This document shows positions 37,220 through 51,295 of a stretch of DNA of 64,000 nucleotides, one piece after another. A model generated the notes under the pieces. The model did no database searches. It was not told the origin of the DNA and saw only the letters and a program-made list of their open reading frames with translations. Numbering within the stretch: position 1 is the first letter of the stretch; each line of letters opens with the position of its first letter. Location of the stretch: positions 10,664,001 to 10,728,000 of the forward strand of contig NC_043004.1 in assembly GCF_006345805.1 (NCBI RefSeq), given 5' to 3'. Source of the DNA: Octopus sinensis. Lineage: Eukaryota. The position numbers and the translations under genes were made by a program.

Positions 37220-38404
37220 CATAGACATGAGAGAAGTAAATAGACACCCTTTATAATCATTAAAATTTATTTAAATCCGAAATTATACATTCAATTTATT
37301 TATTGTTATAATGTGAAAATTTAATATTTAGTAGACATGCCCTTTGCATTTTTCAGTGCAAGGACCCTATGAGGTATGTTGCTGATAAGATGACGAATAT
37401 TCACTTGCGGAATTTCTTGCCATGTTTCATGCAGTAATCTCAAAGGATCTGACTTTGAAGATGCTTTCTTGTTCTTTTTATATAGGGCCCTGTCAATGAT
37501 GCTCCAGAAGTGTTCAATAGGGTCCATATGTGGTGACTGACTTGGCCATGGAAGGTTTTTAATGCCATTCTCATTCAACAAATCCTAGGTCATTTTAGCC
37601 GTGTGACAAGGAGCCCCATAAAAAGTCTTTAATCATTTCAGCGCAATATGGACACATATTTATCTGAGTTTATGTTTCCCTCACACTTCGCCAACTCTGA
37701 ACAAGCATTGCTCCAAATTGCTGCCCAGACTATAACAGAATAGCTGCTGTGTTACATTGTTGGCTGCAATCTTTTCACATCAAACTTTCAATTACAGAGT
37801 CTCCAGACCTCCCACTCGACCACTGTCAGGAAATACAACGAATCTGGACTCATAAGAGAATATGGCAGACTCCTAAATTGCTAGTGGCCTCACCACCATC
37901 TCGCTGGCCCAATCTTTTCTCCGCTTGATGTTGGCGGGTTGAAGAAGTGGTTTCTTTCTTCCTGCTCTGCTATAGTAACCAAGTTTGTAGAGATACCTGA
38001 CAGTTGGTCTGGAACTGACATCAAGTTCTTGTGCTATGTAAGAGGCCTTGCAACGAGGATTATCCTCTACACTTCTCTTATCAAAGAGAAGGGCCCTGTT
38101 AGAGGGCTCTGGATGATCTGGGCAAGGTATGTGGACTCCTCTTCTCTGGTGAATTGCACACTCACTTTATTAACTGTAGAAAGCGAGATTATACGCTATG
38201 TCCGCCTTCAGAATGACCCACAATACGGCCTTTTTGAAATTCAGACAGTTCCAAGGCATATTTTGTTCATGGCATGATTAAACAGTCACATATAGAACCT
38301 GAAACATAAAAATGTCACTCAATAAAAAATATAGCTCTTTACAAGTTAGAATAAACATAAAACGATGTTTTATGGCGTGTCTATTTACTTCTAGCATGCC
38401 TGTG
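37220..38404 (-). mobile_element. Degenerate Tc1 (DD34E-type) transposon with both TIRs
   Basis: TIRs CATAGACATGAGAGAAGTAAATAGACAC and CACAGGCATGCTAGAAGTAAATAGACAC. Minus frames give ELSEFQKGRIVG, FSYESRF, GAPCHTAK and WPSQSPHMDPIEHFW, with multiple stops and frameshifts. Confidence 0.85.
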
Positions 38405-38574
38405 CATATATATGTATATTTCTTTCTTTTTATTTAGTATTTTATCACGTGGCATGTGGTAGAACTAACGATGAGATCACGAGTTCAACTCCTTCTTGAA
38501 AAGAAGACATACAACGATGTCTATAATAAATATATAATATATTTTCTTTTGTTTGTCTATCTATCTATCTACCT

Positions 38575-39720
38575 CTTAAATGACATAAAGTCACACAAGT
38601 TAGAAATCATAGCCATAAGTGAGACCAGACTCCACAATCCGCGGGCCCTAAAGACCATGTTTGGCGGACAGTTCAACATTTATTTTTCTCCCTTTCTGCC
38701 GAGAATGGGCGGTAGTGGCACCGCGGCACTTTTTCGCAAGAGTCTGGATCTCAAAGTAAAGACAATATTCGAACTAGCCATAGATAGAAACAGAGTAGAG
38801 GGTGAGCTAATTAAGAAGCTAGAAGAGGCAATTAGAAGCTGCATCGCATCCAACGTTTTGGCTGCGAGGTTGGCCCTCAACCAACAATTCAACGCCAAAC
38901 ACGAATGGTGTGTTGTCAGAGCTAGGATGCGTGCTCTAAGGAACGAAGGTGTTGGAGCCGCGCGAGAGGCCCGGGTGGCAGAGGCGTAACAGGGCAACAA
39001 AGCCACCATTCGGTCTCTGGTAGATGAACAGGGGCGCGAATTACTCGAGCCAAGTAAAATGTGTGAGACCTTTCAACAGCATTTTGCCCGACTGTTCGGG
39101 ACGAGTGGCGGGCAAGAACGTTGGATGGACTTCAGTGCCTATCTACACAGCCTGCCACGACTCTCGACAAGAGAGGCAGGGTGCTGTGAAGGTGCCATCA
39201 CGGCGGCGGAAGTGCGGGAGGCGATGGCAGAATACTCGAGGGAAAAATCACCGGGTTTGGATGGTCTACCCTACGAACTTTACAGTTGTATGCAAGACTT
39301 GTTTGGAGGCGGCTTGGCAGCGATGTACTGCAACTGGCAGCAAAACGGGAGCATCCTTGGTTTTGTGAGCCGAGGAGCCGTAACACTGCTGAAGAAAGAT
39401 CTAAACAAGGAGGATGTAATAGATAACTTTAGGCTCATCACTCTGCTTAATGCAGACTTGAAAATTTGGGCCAAGGTATTAGCCAAGATGTTGACGCTTG
39501 TCATCAAGAAATTGGTCGTCAAGGCGCAAACGTGCGCCGTGCTGGTCTGGAGCATCCATGACAACCTCCATCTGATGCGCTGCATCATAGACAGGGTAGT
39601 TAAGGAACCTGGCATGGGCGTGGCCCTGATCAATTTGGATCAATCGAAAGCTTTCGATAGGGTAGGCCATCGATACTTCGAGGCTGTCCTCAGAGCGGCT
39701 GGTTTCGGTCCTGTCTTCCG
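38575..39720 (+). mobile_element. L1/Tx1-clade ORF2 fragment (APE start, internal deletion, RT N-terminal part)
   Basis: IIAISETRL...GGSGTAALF (APE), KSPGLDGLPYELY, NFRLITLLNADLKI and LINLDQSKAFDRV. It is truncated before the YxDD motif. Confidence 0.85.
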
Positions 39721-39960
39721 CTCCCGCCAAATTTCAGGCCTTGTTCTTGTAGTAGAATGCAGTGAGTTGGCAGAATCTTGTGCACGCTGGACAAAATGCT
39801 TAGCTTCATAGTTCTGAGTTCAAATTCCGCCAAGGTCGACTTTGCTTTTCATACTTTCAGGACCAAAGAAATAAGTTCTAGTTGAGTACTGGAAGTCAGC
39901 GTAATCGACTGATCTCCTCCACCAAATTTCAGGCCTTGTGCCTTTAATGGAAAACGTTAT
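39720..39960 (+). mobile_element. SINE-A, tail type 2 (preceded by an extra tail fragment)
   Basis: Head, core and a CCACCAAATTTCAGGCCTTGTGCC tail. Confidence 0.7.
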
Positions 39961-40668
39961 TAGTAGTAATAGTTTTGGTATTACTAGTATAGTTATAGTT
40001 GTTAAAGTAAATTAATCCTGGCTATAATGATGTCGGAGGTGTTTTGTCGTCGTTGTCAATGGCGATTTCTTTTTTCTTACGTTATTACTGAAATAGTTAG
40101 CGATGTGATAAATAAGATATCAGATGGAAGAACCATTCAACCATTTAATAATATAAAAAAAGCTGTTAAATTCACTTTAAATGCTAAATTCTATTTCATG
40201 AGGTGTCAAAAATTTTGTTTCACAACTGAAAACTAATCACTCACATGGAACTGCATCAGCAATCAGGTTGCAGTTGTATAGCAAAAAAGAATCGGATAAC
40301 TCAAGAAATAAACTTAAAATTTAAATTGAATTTAACAACTTTTTTTGTGTTTTCAATGTCCTGAATGGCACGTCCGAGTGTTAGTTGCTCTAGTTCAAAT
40401 CACTTCCTTGACAAGTACTATTCCGAAATAAGTTACTGTTGTTGAGAATGTGGCAGCGGAGGTGGTTGTGACCCTATTGAATGCACATTAGTCCCTCGCC
40501 ATATCGCGGTTTATTATCTAAGCTTACGTCGATCCCTCCGTGTTGTTTTGCATTTATAATGAAATAAATACATAAAAATTATAAAAATAATTTTTAAAAA
40601 ATGCAGTACAGTACTGTTACTGTTATTGAGAATGTGGCAGCAGAGGTGGTTGTGACTTATTGAATGCA

Positions 40669-40882
40669 CAGTAATTCCTCTCCATATCGCGGTTCACCTA
40701 TCGCGGTTTATTATTTAAGCTTATGTAGATTCCTCCGTGGTGTTGTTTTGCATTTATAATGAAATAAATACATGCAAATTATAAAAATTATTTTAAAAAA
40801 TACAGTACAGTACTGTTTCTACTTCGCGGATTTTCACCTATCGCGGGTGGGGGGTGTACCCGCGATAGTCGAGGGTTTCCTG
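40669..40882 (-). mobile_element. pogo/Tigger-like MITE
   Basis: Ends CAGTAATTCCTC... and ...GATAGTCGAGGGTTTCCTG; homologous to 15178-15413. Confidence 0.7.
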
Positions 40883-41944
40883 CCTTTTGTTGGCAGTATT
40901 GTTGTTGGGGATAGTGGTGTAGTGTTGTGGCTGGTATTCTTTCTGTTGATATTGATATTATATTGCTATTGTTGCGCCGGGCAAAATGCCTAGCGGTATT
41001 TCATCCGTCTTTACCTCCGGAGTTCATATTCCGCCGGGGTCGAAAAAATAAGTACCAGGTGAGTACTGGGATCAATGTAAACGACTTAGCTCCTCCCTCC
41101 AAATTGCTGACCTTGTGCCAAAATTTGAAACCAATATATTGCTGTTGTTGTTATTGATTTGGTTAGTTCAAAAATGTTTATTATATGTTTTATCGCCGCA
41201 AGTGTTGAATTGGCTGAATCGTTAGAACGTCGGACAGTCCCCAGTAAATATTAGATTTCGCCTCCACAATATCCGAGTTCATATCACTTCGACGTTAGCA
41301 ATACTATTATTCTTCCCGCTCTGAGTCACCAGAAATCTTAAGTACAAAAGCTTCACAGATGTCGCCATCTCATTTTTGAGTACTTAGGACTATATTATTG
41401 AGCATTTAGGTCTTTTGCTTTAAGACAGTAGGACGCGATTTGTTGAAAATCGTAACTTCAACTTATATGCATTAATAATTTAATCAAAATTACTATGAGT
41501 ATTATTACAGAGATATAAAGGTGCCGAACTGTGCATATACATACGAAGGGTAAAAAGAACAACGATGAAGAATAGTTAATTGTAACTAAATCTGAAATAT
41601 TCCCCTATGGTTTTGCATTGGATATTAATTCAGATAAAGGTAGAAAACAACCCATTTTATAAGTAGAATACAAAAAAACAACAACTAAACATTAACTTTT
41701 AATTTGAAATGTCACTCTAAACTTTGGTGGTGTACTTGTCAGGCAAGTGATGTGATCTAAGATCGTATGTTGGAACTAAAAAATAGTTACAGCGTGGAAG
41801 ACACATATTAGCCATGAGAGAACATCATCAACCCAACTGTAACCTGGTCATTGGCACTGAGCAATTCAGTGGAACCTTGTCAGTGATCGTGTCGCAGTTA
41901 GTGAGACAAAAATTTTGACAGCTAATGATAAAGGATTTTAAGAG

Positions 41945-42336
41945 GAGTTGCAGTAATATATATTTGGAAGATAATGGAAGGGATTGTGCCAAATTTTGGC
42001 ACTGAAAGCTACACAAATGCCAGAACGGGTCGCCACTGCACAGTGCCAAAGATCTCAGCAAAGCCGTCGCGTTTCAGGACCAGTTACTGCAACAGCCTGG
42101 GTTTCAAGGACCTACAACTTTTTAATATTCGCCCAAACAGGTGGATGTAGGCGTTTTCAAATAAAAACTGGATATCTTCCTGTCGAGAGTCCCAGATGAA
42201 CCTACCTTACAGCAGGAGGCGCAAATGAGGGTAGCGACATCAAATGCCACATATCAGAGCTCTCAATAATAACAGTGTAGCAAGGCGGCGGTGACCCAGC
42301 ATGGCCACAGCTTTGAGCTGAAACTGATAAATAAAG
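41945..42336 (+). mobile_element. CR1-clade LINE 3' fragment
   Basis: VIYIWKIMEGIVPNFG...RTGRHCTVPKI...LGFKDLQLFN...FK*KLDIFLSRVPDEP, followed by the 3' end GGCGGTGACCCAGCATGGCCACAG...CTGAAACTGATAAATAAAG. Confidence 0.8.
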
Positions 42337-43297
42337 AAAAAACAGATTTTGTGTGGTTTTGAATGGTAAATATATATCTTCCAAGCAGTCATTTTCACTA
42401 TAAACCTCTCACCAAAAAGAGAAAAAAAATTATATTATCCCTACAACAGAAAATAGAGGTTTCTAATTTAGGCACAGGGTCAGTAAAATTGAGAGGAAAA
42501 TGCTAGCTGATACCATCTACACTAGTACTTGACTGGTACTTTACTTAATTGTCTCAAAAAGCAAAAAATTCAAAGTTGGTCCCGGCAGGGTTTGAACTCA
42601 CAACGTTAAGCACCAAAACATATACCGCAAAACGTTATAATATATCCTCCGACAATTCCTCTAACCCACCCACCCCTGCTCGACGGAAAAAAATAGAAGA
42701 TAAATGACAAGTCACGTGAATAGTACAAACCGTTCAATACTAATGATAGGCCAAAGTTACACATTATTCTAAATCAGGAATTACGAATACGAAGACGTTT
42801 ATCACCATTTCTGTGTATAAATAGCTTTCGACTACTAGTCAAAGAGAGCGACTAGCTACGTGTAAGAATAATTATACTGTACAGCAGGTAATGGTTTCAT
42901 TTTGTCAGGAAAAGTAAAACCTCGCTAGTTTGATTGAAATACCCTGGTGTAAAAACTTTTGCTTACAGGTCACCATACTTTTGTTGAACGCGGATACCCC
43001 TTTTCGCTCATCTATTTTACATCATATTTCTTTTTTTTTATAAGCCTGTGGGTTTTAATATAACTTTGAAACTATCGTATTGATAACTTATAAATATAAT
43101 TGTAATGTGCGTTTACTCATGAGGAAAAACAAAAAATACTAATATAGTACACTTAGCATATAAGTATATCTAAAAACGGCGAATGTAAAGAATACGTACA
43201 CCTGGTGTTTAGGGTTAAAGCTTTTGTTACATCGAAAAACGGGTGGTGTACGTATTCTTTACCTCTCCCCTAAACATTTACCCTCTGATTTACATTA

Positions 43298-43700
43298 AGT
43301 AGCTGTGTGGTAAGTAGCTTGCTTGCCAACCACATGGTTCCAGGTTCAATCCCACTGCGTGACACATTGGCAAGTGTCTTCTACTATAGCCTCGAGCCGA
43401 CCAAAGCCTTGTGAGTGGATTTGGTAGACGGAAACTGAAAGAATCCTGTCGTATATATGTATATATATATATATATGTGTGTGTTTGTGTGTCTGTGTTT
43501 GTCCCACCCCAACATCGCTTGACAACCGATGGTGGTGTGTTTACGTCCCCGTAAGCTAGCGGTTCGGCAAAAGAGACCGATAGAATAAGTACTACGCTTA
43601 CAAAGAATAAGTCCTGGGGGTCGTTTTTGCACGACTTAAAAGCGGTGCTCTAGCATGGCCACAGTCAAATGACTGAAACGAGTAAAAGAATAAAAAAAAG
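43298..43700 (+). mobile_element. SINE-B
   Basis: Same architecture as the other SINE-B copies. Confidence 0.85.
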
Positions 43701-43884
43701 AATAGACGAAAGTTGAAAAATATTTACAAAAATGTAATGTTGAGTAGTAGATTTTGACTTGATTCGAACGTTAAACCCAAAGTACAAACACAAAAACAGA
43801 AGTACAGCCAGAAAGACAGACTGTGAGCTAGATAAATTCATGTATAAGTACATGCGTATTTATACATGAATGTGTGTGAGTATA

Positions 43885-44105
43885 TACTCTTTTACTCTTT
43901 TACTTGTTTCAGTCATTTGACTGCGGCCATGCTGGAGCACCGCCTTTAATCGAGCAACTCGACCCCGGGACTTATTCTTTTGTAAGCCCAGTACTTATTC
44001 TATCGGTCTCTTTTACCGAACCGCTAAGTGACGGGGACATAAACACACCAGCATCGGTTGTCAATCAAAGCTAGGGGAACAAACACATACACACAAACAC
44101 ACACA

Positions 44106-44142
<37 letters not shown>

Positions 44143-44305
44143 GACAGGCTTCTTTCAGTTTCCGTCTATCAAATCCACTCACAAGGCTTTGGTCGGCCCG
44201 AGGCTATAGTAGAAGACACTTGCCCAAGGTGCCACGCAGTGGGACTGAACCCGGAACCATGTGGTTGCTAAACAAGCTACTTACCACACAGCCACTCCTG
44301 CGCCT
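43885..44305 (-). mobile_element. SINE-B, full length
   Basis: Same architecture as the other SINE-B copies. Confidence 0.9.
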
Positions 44306-44456
44306 GTAATAAATATGTATATTTATCTTTTCATCTTGTAATTATTCTTAAGTTTAGTACTCGATCGATCTCAAGCTGCTAGATATGGGGATTTAAACCA
44401 ACCAGAACTGGTTATCGAGCCTTGGCAGAGAACAAGGACAAAGGCACACACACACA

Positions 44457-44517
<61 letters not shown>

Positions 44518-44726
44518 GTCTATCTGTTTATCTATCTATCTATCGATCTATCTATCGGTCTGTCTATCTGTCTATCTATCTATCTGTCTATCTATCTATC
44601 TGTCTATCTATCTATCTGTCAAGTCTAACTTTCAATGTCTGTCTAACTAGCTGCCTGCTTGTCTATCTGTCCTTCCATTTATCCGCCTGTTTGTTTGTCA
44701 ATCTGTCTATATACTTGTTAGACTGA

Positions 44727-44768
<42 letters not shown>

Positions 44769-45504
44769 GCGCATGTGTATATATGTGTGCGTGCCCACGC
44801 ATGTATCCGTAAAATCACTCAAGAATTGTACCGATGATATATATATATATATAGAAACGTTCCTCTATACTATAAATGATGCAAATAGATATTAAATGAT
44901 ATAGAAATATACAGCACCGAACTAAATTCTAATCTTTCCTTTATGATTTACATTGAGAATTTATATTACAGACGACGAAAGTAAATATATTCTCTTCAAA
45001 ATTGTTGTACTTCAGAATACTAAACATTAATTGGATTCGAAACTTCACTCCACACTTCGACTAAAAATGTAACTACTACACTATTCTTTAAGAGAGAAAA
45101 CAATAGAAAGAAAATGACTTGTAACGTGAATAGTGCAAGAATTCTATATTAAGGATGAGAAAAATTTAGATATTAGAATTTCAAACTACGAAGTTCGTAA
45201 CCATGTCTTGTGTAGGTATAAGCATTTATGCGTTGGTAGGAGAATGGACGTGCGTGCCTGTGTGGTAGAGAAATAGTGAGAGAAATAGGTCCCAGAGGGA
45301 TAGAGGGAAGAAATTGTATAATCAGGAAAGAAAAGATAGTAGTGGCAGTAGGAGTAGTAGTAGCAGCAGATAATGGTGATAACGCAGGAAGGGGGGGAGG
45401 TGTGGAAGATGGAGAAGAAGCGGCGGAGGGGAAGACGAAGAAAACGTTTATCGATGCAAGGAAGCATTCATCGTCCATGGACAGAGATCAAAAGTGATCA
45501 TCAA

Positions 45505-45648
45505 TCATAAACATACAAACTCACAAAGACACACATGGACACAAAGACATACACGCGCGCACATACACACACACACACACACATGTAGACACATATCCGC
45601 ACGCACTAATTGCAAATTCTCATATACAGATACTGGTACTCTATAAAG

Positions 45649-45705
<57 letters not shown>

Positions 45706-45743
45706 ACACACACACACACACACGCACACACATATATATATGT

Positions 45744-45789
<46 letters not shown>

Positions 45790-45976
45790 ACATATATATG
45801 TATATATATATATATGTATATATATATATGTATATATATGTATATATATATATATATAGTATACATATATATGTATTTATATGTTATATATATATATGTA
45901 TATATATGTATATATATATGTATGTATATATGTTTATATATATGTATGTATATATGTATATATGTATGTATGTATG

Positions 45977-46010
<34 letters not shown>
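45505..46010. repeat. (CA)n/(TA)n/(TATG)n microsatellite complex
   Basis: Directly visible; source of the IY-rich ORFs in the track. Confidence 0.9.
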
Positions 46011-46619
46011 AGAAACATACATTCTTTATTTTCGCACACGCATACACACACACACACACATACAAGACGCATACATAACCATATTGATAACTGCTAATCT
46101 ACACCCTATACATCTAGGACAGTTTCAAACCTGGGTATTACCTAAAACAGCAGATAGTTATCTGTCCCTTATTACTAAGCATGACTCTTGCACATTTATC
46201 ACTCTTCCTACTGTCACCGTCGCCATCACCGGCTCCACAACCTCCACCACTACCACAAAACAGCAACAAAACTATACGTCAACATCAAGAACATCAATAA
46301 CAACAACAACCATGCGAAGAAAAATCGTACGTAGTGTCCAGACCTGCACTCTTTAGAAATGACTGCTAAATCTTAATCTATCAGACATTACTGTCTTATG
46401 TAAAGATGATGCATTGCGCAGTAATATACAAACGATGGGATGGTCGTGGTTGGAGGCCTTAGGATTTATTGGTCAGTTTGTTTAGATTAAATATGGGGAA
46501 ACAGCGAACAGCCTCAGTAATATCACCAACCAACATGAACACTGCATCTGCCAACAAAGCTACCAACACCACGCCGCCTCTGTCGCTACTTTGACGGATA
46601 CTAATATCGGTTTGAAATG

Positions 46620-46820
46620 TTGGTACAAGGCTACCAATTTCAGGAGAAAGGATAAGCCGATTGCATTGACCCCAGTGCTCGACTGGTACTAATTTAATCG
46701 ACCCTGAAGGGATGAAAGTCAAAGTCGACCTCGGTGGAATTTTAACTCAGGGAATGAAGAATGGACGAAATGTCGCTAAGCATTTCGCCCGACGTGCTAA
46801 CGATTCTGCCAGCTGGCGCC
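46620..46820 (-). mobile_element. SINE-A, tail type 2
   Basis: Head and core are recognisable on the minus strand. Confidence 0.75.
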
Positions 46821-47174
46821 ATACCACGGTTCCCAGTATCGACAACGACAACGAGTCAACATCGGGGATTCTGTGTAAATTAATCTGCTAGAAATAGCAG
46901 CTAAATCTTACGCCCCTCACAGGTGTTAAAAAAAAGATACGCTGCTTAATGTAGTGCTGGATTATTTGGGTACAGGAAATAATTCATAGTGGTCATGGCC
47001 ATGATGCATCCGATTACAGGTCTGCTTGATTCTCACTGGTTACAGCTAAGCAATAGCAATAATCTTTTCTTTTTTTCACTTTTGGTACAACGTCACCCAA
47101 TCTTAGGAGTGGGGACAAATAGAGAGTGACCCGAAAATCTTGTCACCATGTGTAAATATTGTCTTAATTTTCTA

Positions 47175-47345
47175 TTATCAAGGAAAGGGTTTCATAAGAG
47201 CGATACCAGAGTACCCAACAGTTGATGGACGCTGTTTCAGCAGCCTTTGCAACAGTCACCAAAGCACAGAACAATGCGCCGCATCATTTTGTGCCACGAA
47301 AATGATGGCGTTCATTCAGACCTTCTCGATATGTGACAACATCAG
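47175..47345 (+). mobile_element. Tc1/mariner transposase C-terminal remnant
   Basis: TQQLMDAVSAAFATVT followed, in a shifted frame, by RRIILCHENDGVHSDLLDM*. Confidence 0.4.
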
Positions 47346-47374
47346 TGTCAATGAAAGTGAATATATTCTTTACT

Positions 47375-48000
47375 ACTCTATGCACAAGGCCCGAAATTTT
47401 GGGGGAGGGGCCAGTTGATTAGTTCGAACCAGTACGCAACTGGTACTTAATTTATCCACACCGAAAGGATGAAAGGCAACGTCGATCGTGGCGGAATTTG
47501 AACTCAGAACGTAAAGACAGACGAAATACCTATTTCTTTACTACCCACAAGGGGCTAAGGAGACAAACAAGGACAGACAATCGGATTAAGTCGATTGTAT
47601 CGACCCCAGTGCGTAACTGGTACTTAATTTATCGACCCCGAAAGGATGAAAGGCAAAGTCGACCTCGGCGGAATTCGAACTGAGAATGTAACGGCAGACG
47701 AGATACCGCTAAGCATTTCGCCCGGTGTGCTAAAGTTTCAGCCAGCTCGCCTCTTTACGAAAGTGAATATATTTATTTCTGTATTGCCCACAGGGCACTA
47801 AAGATAGAGGCGATAAACAAGGATAGACAAAGAGATTAAGTCGATTACATCAACCCCAATGCGTAACTGACACATATTTAATCACCCCAAACGGATGAAA
47901 GGCAAAGTCGACCTCGGCGGAATTTGAACTCAGAACGTAACGACAGACGAAATGCCGCTAATAATTTGCCTGGCGTGGTAAAGTTTCTGCCATCTCGCTG
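47375..48000 (-). mobile_element. SINE-A stack (three units)
   Basis: Type I junction at 47530/1; the 3'-most unit has tail type 2. Confidence 0.9.
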
Positions 48001-48448
48001 CTTTATGAAAGTGAATATCAAAACCAGTACATGTATTTGATATTATATTGTTCCTCTATTGTTCTCATTACTTTTCGGTAGGGGTTGACAGGGCTTTCGG
48101 ATCACTCTACAGATTACATTGCTCCTCTCCTTGGCTGGCACCTCTTTCATGGATCCCGAAAAGAAGGTGAAGTCGACCTCAGCGAAATTTCAGCTCAGAA
48201 GGTCATAAATAGTAACCATACCGTTGTTTGATGCTCTAACGAATCTACCGTCTCACTGCTTTTAATGGTTTTAGATTTTGTCACAAAGCCAGCAGTTTTC
48301 AGGGAGTGAACAAGTTGATTACTTCGTTCCGCAATGCTCAACAGGTGTATATATTTCGGCCCCGAAAGATTGAAAGGCAAAATTTACATAGATGGAATTT
48401 GAACGAGAAGAGCCGAAAGAAACACCACTAAGCATTTTTCCCGGTGTG

Positions 48449-48690
48449 AAGGTGCGTGGCTAAGTGATTAGTGTGTCGGATCCATGGCCGTAAGATTGTA
48501 GTTTCGATTCCAAGACCAAGCAAAGCATTGTATTCTTGAGCAAAACACTTCATTTCCCGTTATTCCAGTTTCACTCAGCTGGCAAAAATGAATAATCCTA
48601 CGACGGACCGGTGACTCGTCCAAGGAGGAATATATACGAATTAGAAACTGGGAAACCGGCTTTGTGAGTCTATATGACTCGGGGAAGAGC
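48449..48690 (+). mobile_element. V-domain-like SINE, diverged
   Basis: Homologous to 24562-24798. Confidence 0.7.
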
Positions 48691-48732
48691 TTTATCCTGT
48701 TTTTATTATTATTTTCTCTTGCCAAATATAGA

Positions 48733-48865
48733 CGTAGGAGTAGCTGTGTGGCAAGTAGCTTGCTAACGAACCACATGGTTCCGAGTTCAGTCTTCTACTA
48801 TAGCTTCGGACCGACCAAAGCCTTGTGAGTGGATTTGATATACGGAAACTGAAAGAGGCCCGTCG

Positions 48866-48896
<31 letters not shown>

Positions 48897-49133
48897 GTGT
48901 CTGTGTGTGTATATGTATGTGTGTATATACTTGTGTGTCTGTGTTTCCCCTCCAATATCGCTTGACAACAGATGCTGGTGTGCTAACGTCCCCGTAACTT
49001 AGCGGTTCGGCAAAAGAGACCTATAGAATAAGTACTATGCTTACAAAGAATAAATCTTAGGGTCGATTTGATCGACTAAAAGGCGGTGCTCCAGCATGGC
49101 CACAGTCAAATAACTGAAACAAGTAAAAGAGTA
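48733..49133 (+). mobile_element. SINE-B (internal deletion in the head/CORE region)
   Basis: Same architecture as the other SINE-B copies. Confidence 0.85.
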
Positions 49134-50135
49134 AATGTACAAACGATTTTGCCAGCTCGTCGTTTCAACAACAGCTATAATACTAACAACAACAACAACA
49201 AACGAACGACGGAAGCAACACCGTCTCGGTTCCACCATAACACCATGCACCACCATTACTATCGCCACTACGAAAACATCCACTGCAACAATCACCACCA
49301 CCACCACCACCACCACCACAAATACCATCGACAAATCCATTAACCTGATGAACTTTTTCAAATATTACAGAAATAAGAGCCACGCCACCATCGCCAATCT
49401 TCTGTTAGCCAACCAAACTTAACCCCAACAAATATTACTACCATTAACACTACATCCATATCCACAGGCTCTTTAGCAAAACAACCACCACTACCTTTAA
49501 AATTACCACCACCACAATTCTATCATACACTTACTGCTACCAATCTCTCTCTTCGTTATCGATATCAACGCCACCACTAGTGAACGGCGTCATAATCAAG
49601 CGGTTCTTAAACGTGTGAACAACGGAGCCCCTGTGATATCGCTTGTACTGCTGGAAATAGCATTTAAATTTGCCATAAGTCACATTCCAGCATCCTAGAC
49701 AAAGGAACACATAAGATAATGTTGTCTTGTGATCCGTGTAGAAAGAAAAAAAAACGGGAAGACCACTGCTGCGTTAGTTCTGCTCATAGGTCTGTTCCCA
49801 TTTTGTTAGAGCTGGTCTTGGGTTAAACAATAACAACAGCAACAACAATGATGGGGCAAATAATAAACATCTTTATCTTCTCTCACTTCCTAAACACACA
49901 CGTACACACACACACATACACACACACATACATACACACACACACACACACACACTATATTATACATACACAAGGTGAATGCTGTGCAGAATATACTCAG
50001 CGAAAATGCACCGACAAATGAGAACTATATCAATCAGAGCATAGAATTAGTATTCCCAAAAATGTTGTTCTGTTTGTAATGTAATTCCTTGCAGATACAC
50101 ACGCACGCACGCACACACACAAACACGCACACATA

Positions 50136-50184
<49 letters not shown>

Positions 50185-50657
50185 ACATATTTACAGACAT
50201 AAATATACATTATATGTATGTATAAATAAATAAATAATAGGAGAGAGACAGGGCGAGAAATAAAAACCAAGAACAATTAGATTTGATGTCTATTGTTGTG
50301 AACAAAGACTGACCCCCTAATGATTGTATAGCGGCTTTGTCTTGTTTTTGTTTTTTTCTGTGTATGTATGTTTTATTTTCATTTAACTAGGCACTTTGCC
50401 AACATCCACTAAAGAAAGGGTGTACTGAAAAAAAATCGATAAATCTCAGAAAAAAATGTTATTATGTGAATGGTTGAAAATTCGCGGGAAGAATTCGAAC
50501 GCTTAATGTCGAAATGCAATAGAATTACGAAACACATTTCTCCTCAAAGTTTTTTGGCTTTCACTGAATGCCAACTGGTTGGGTGAAGGTGGTCGAAGAA
50601 AAAATGGAAACCGATCAATATGTATGATATGCCAAGAACCAATCTGTAAGCAAGATC

Positions 50658-50699
<42 letters not shown>

Positions 50700-50889
50700 C
50701 CATTCTGTTAGTTCGAAATAGGAATTCTCAATACGACAAACGCTAGACCAGTAGCGTATATGAGAAGACGTGCTTAATTCTATCAACTACGAAAGGATGA
50801 ACGGGTAAGTTGAAACAGCGATATTTGAACTCGGAATGTAGAGGGCCGAAACAACTAGGATGAAGTAATTTATCGTAGCCACCTTCTTG

Positions 50890-51295
50890 AATATTAGTTT
50901 CAAATTTTGACGTGAGGCTAGGAATTACAGGGAAGAGGCTAAGTCGATTGCATCGACCCCAGTGCTCAACTGGTACTTATTTTATCGACTTTGAAAGGAT
51001 GAACGCGAAATCAACCTCGGAAGTTTCTGAACCAACCCGGTCCATAAAGACGGACGAAATACCTATTTCTTTACTGCCCACAAGAGCCAAACACAGAGAT
51101 GACAAACAAGGACAGACAAACGGATTAAGTCGATTATATCGACCCCAGTGCGTAACTGGTACTTATTATATCGACCCTGAAAGGATGAAAAGACAAAGTC
51201 GACCTCGGCGGAATTTGAACTCAACGTAACTGCAGACGAAATACGGCTACGCATTTCGCCCGGGGTGCTAACGGCTCTGCCAGCTCGCCGCCTTC
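50890..51295 (-). mobile_element. SINE-A stack (two units)
   Basis: Type I junction at 51063/4; the 3' unit is older and has tail type 2. Confidence 0.85.

Noticed and set aside
39059-39811. 250-aa RT ORF as an active retrotransposon
   Set aside because: It is truncated before the YxDD motif and runs into a SINE, and the upstream endonuclease is internally deleted.
45173-45497. Purine-rich ORFs as a host exon
   Set aside because: Low-complexity GA/GTA-rich sequence with no recognisable domain.
45610-46356. 248-aa ORF (and similar IY/CV/HT-rich ORFs, e.g. 53040-53552 and 56699-57175)
   Set aside because: These are translations of (TA)n/(CA)n microsatellites.
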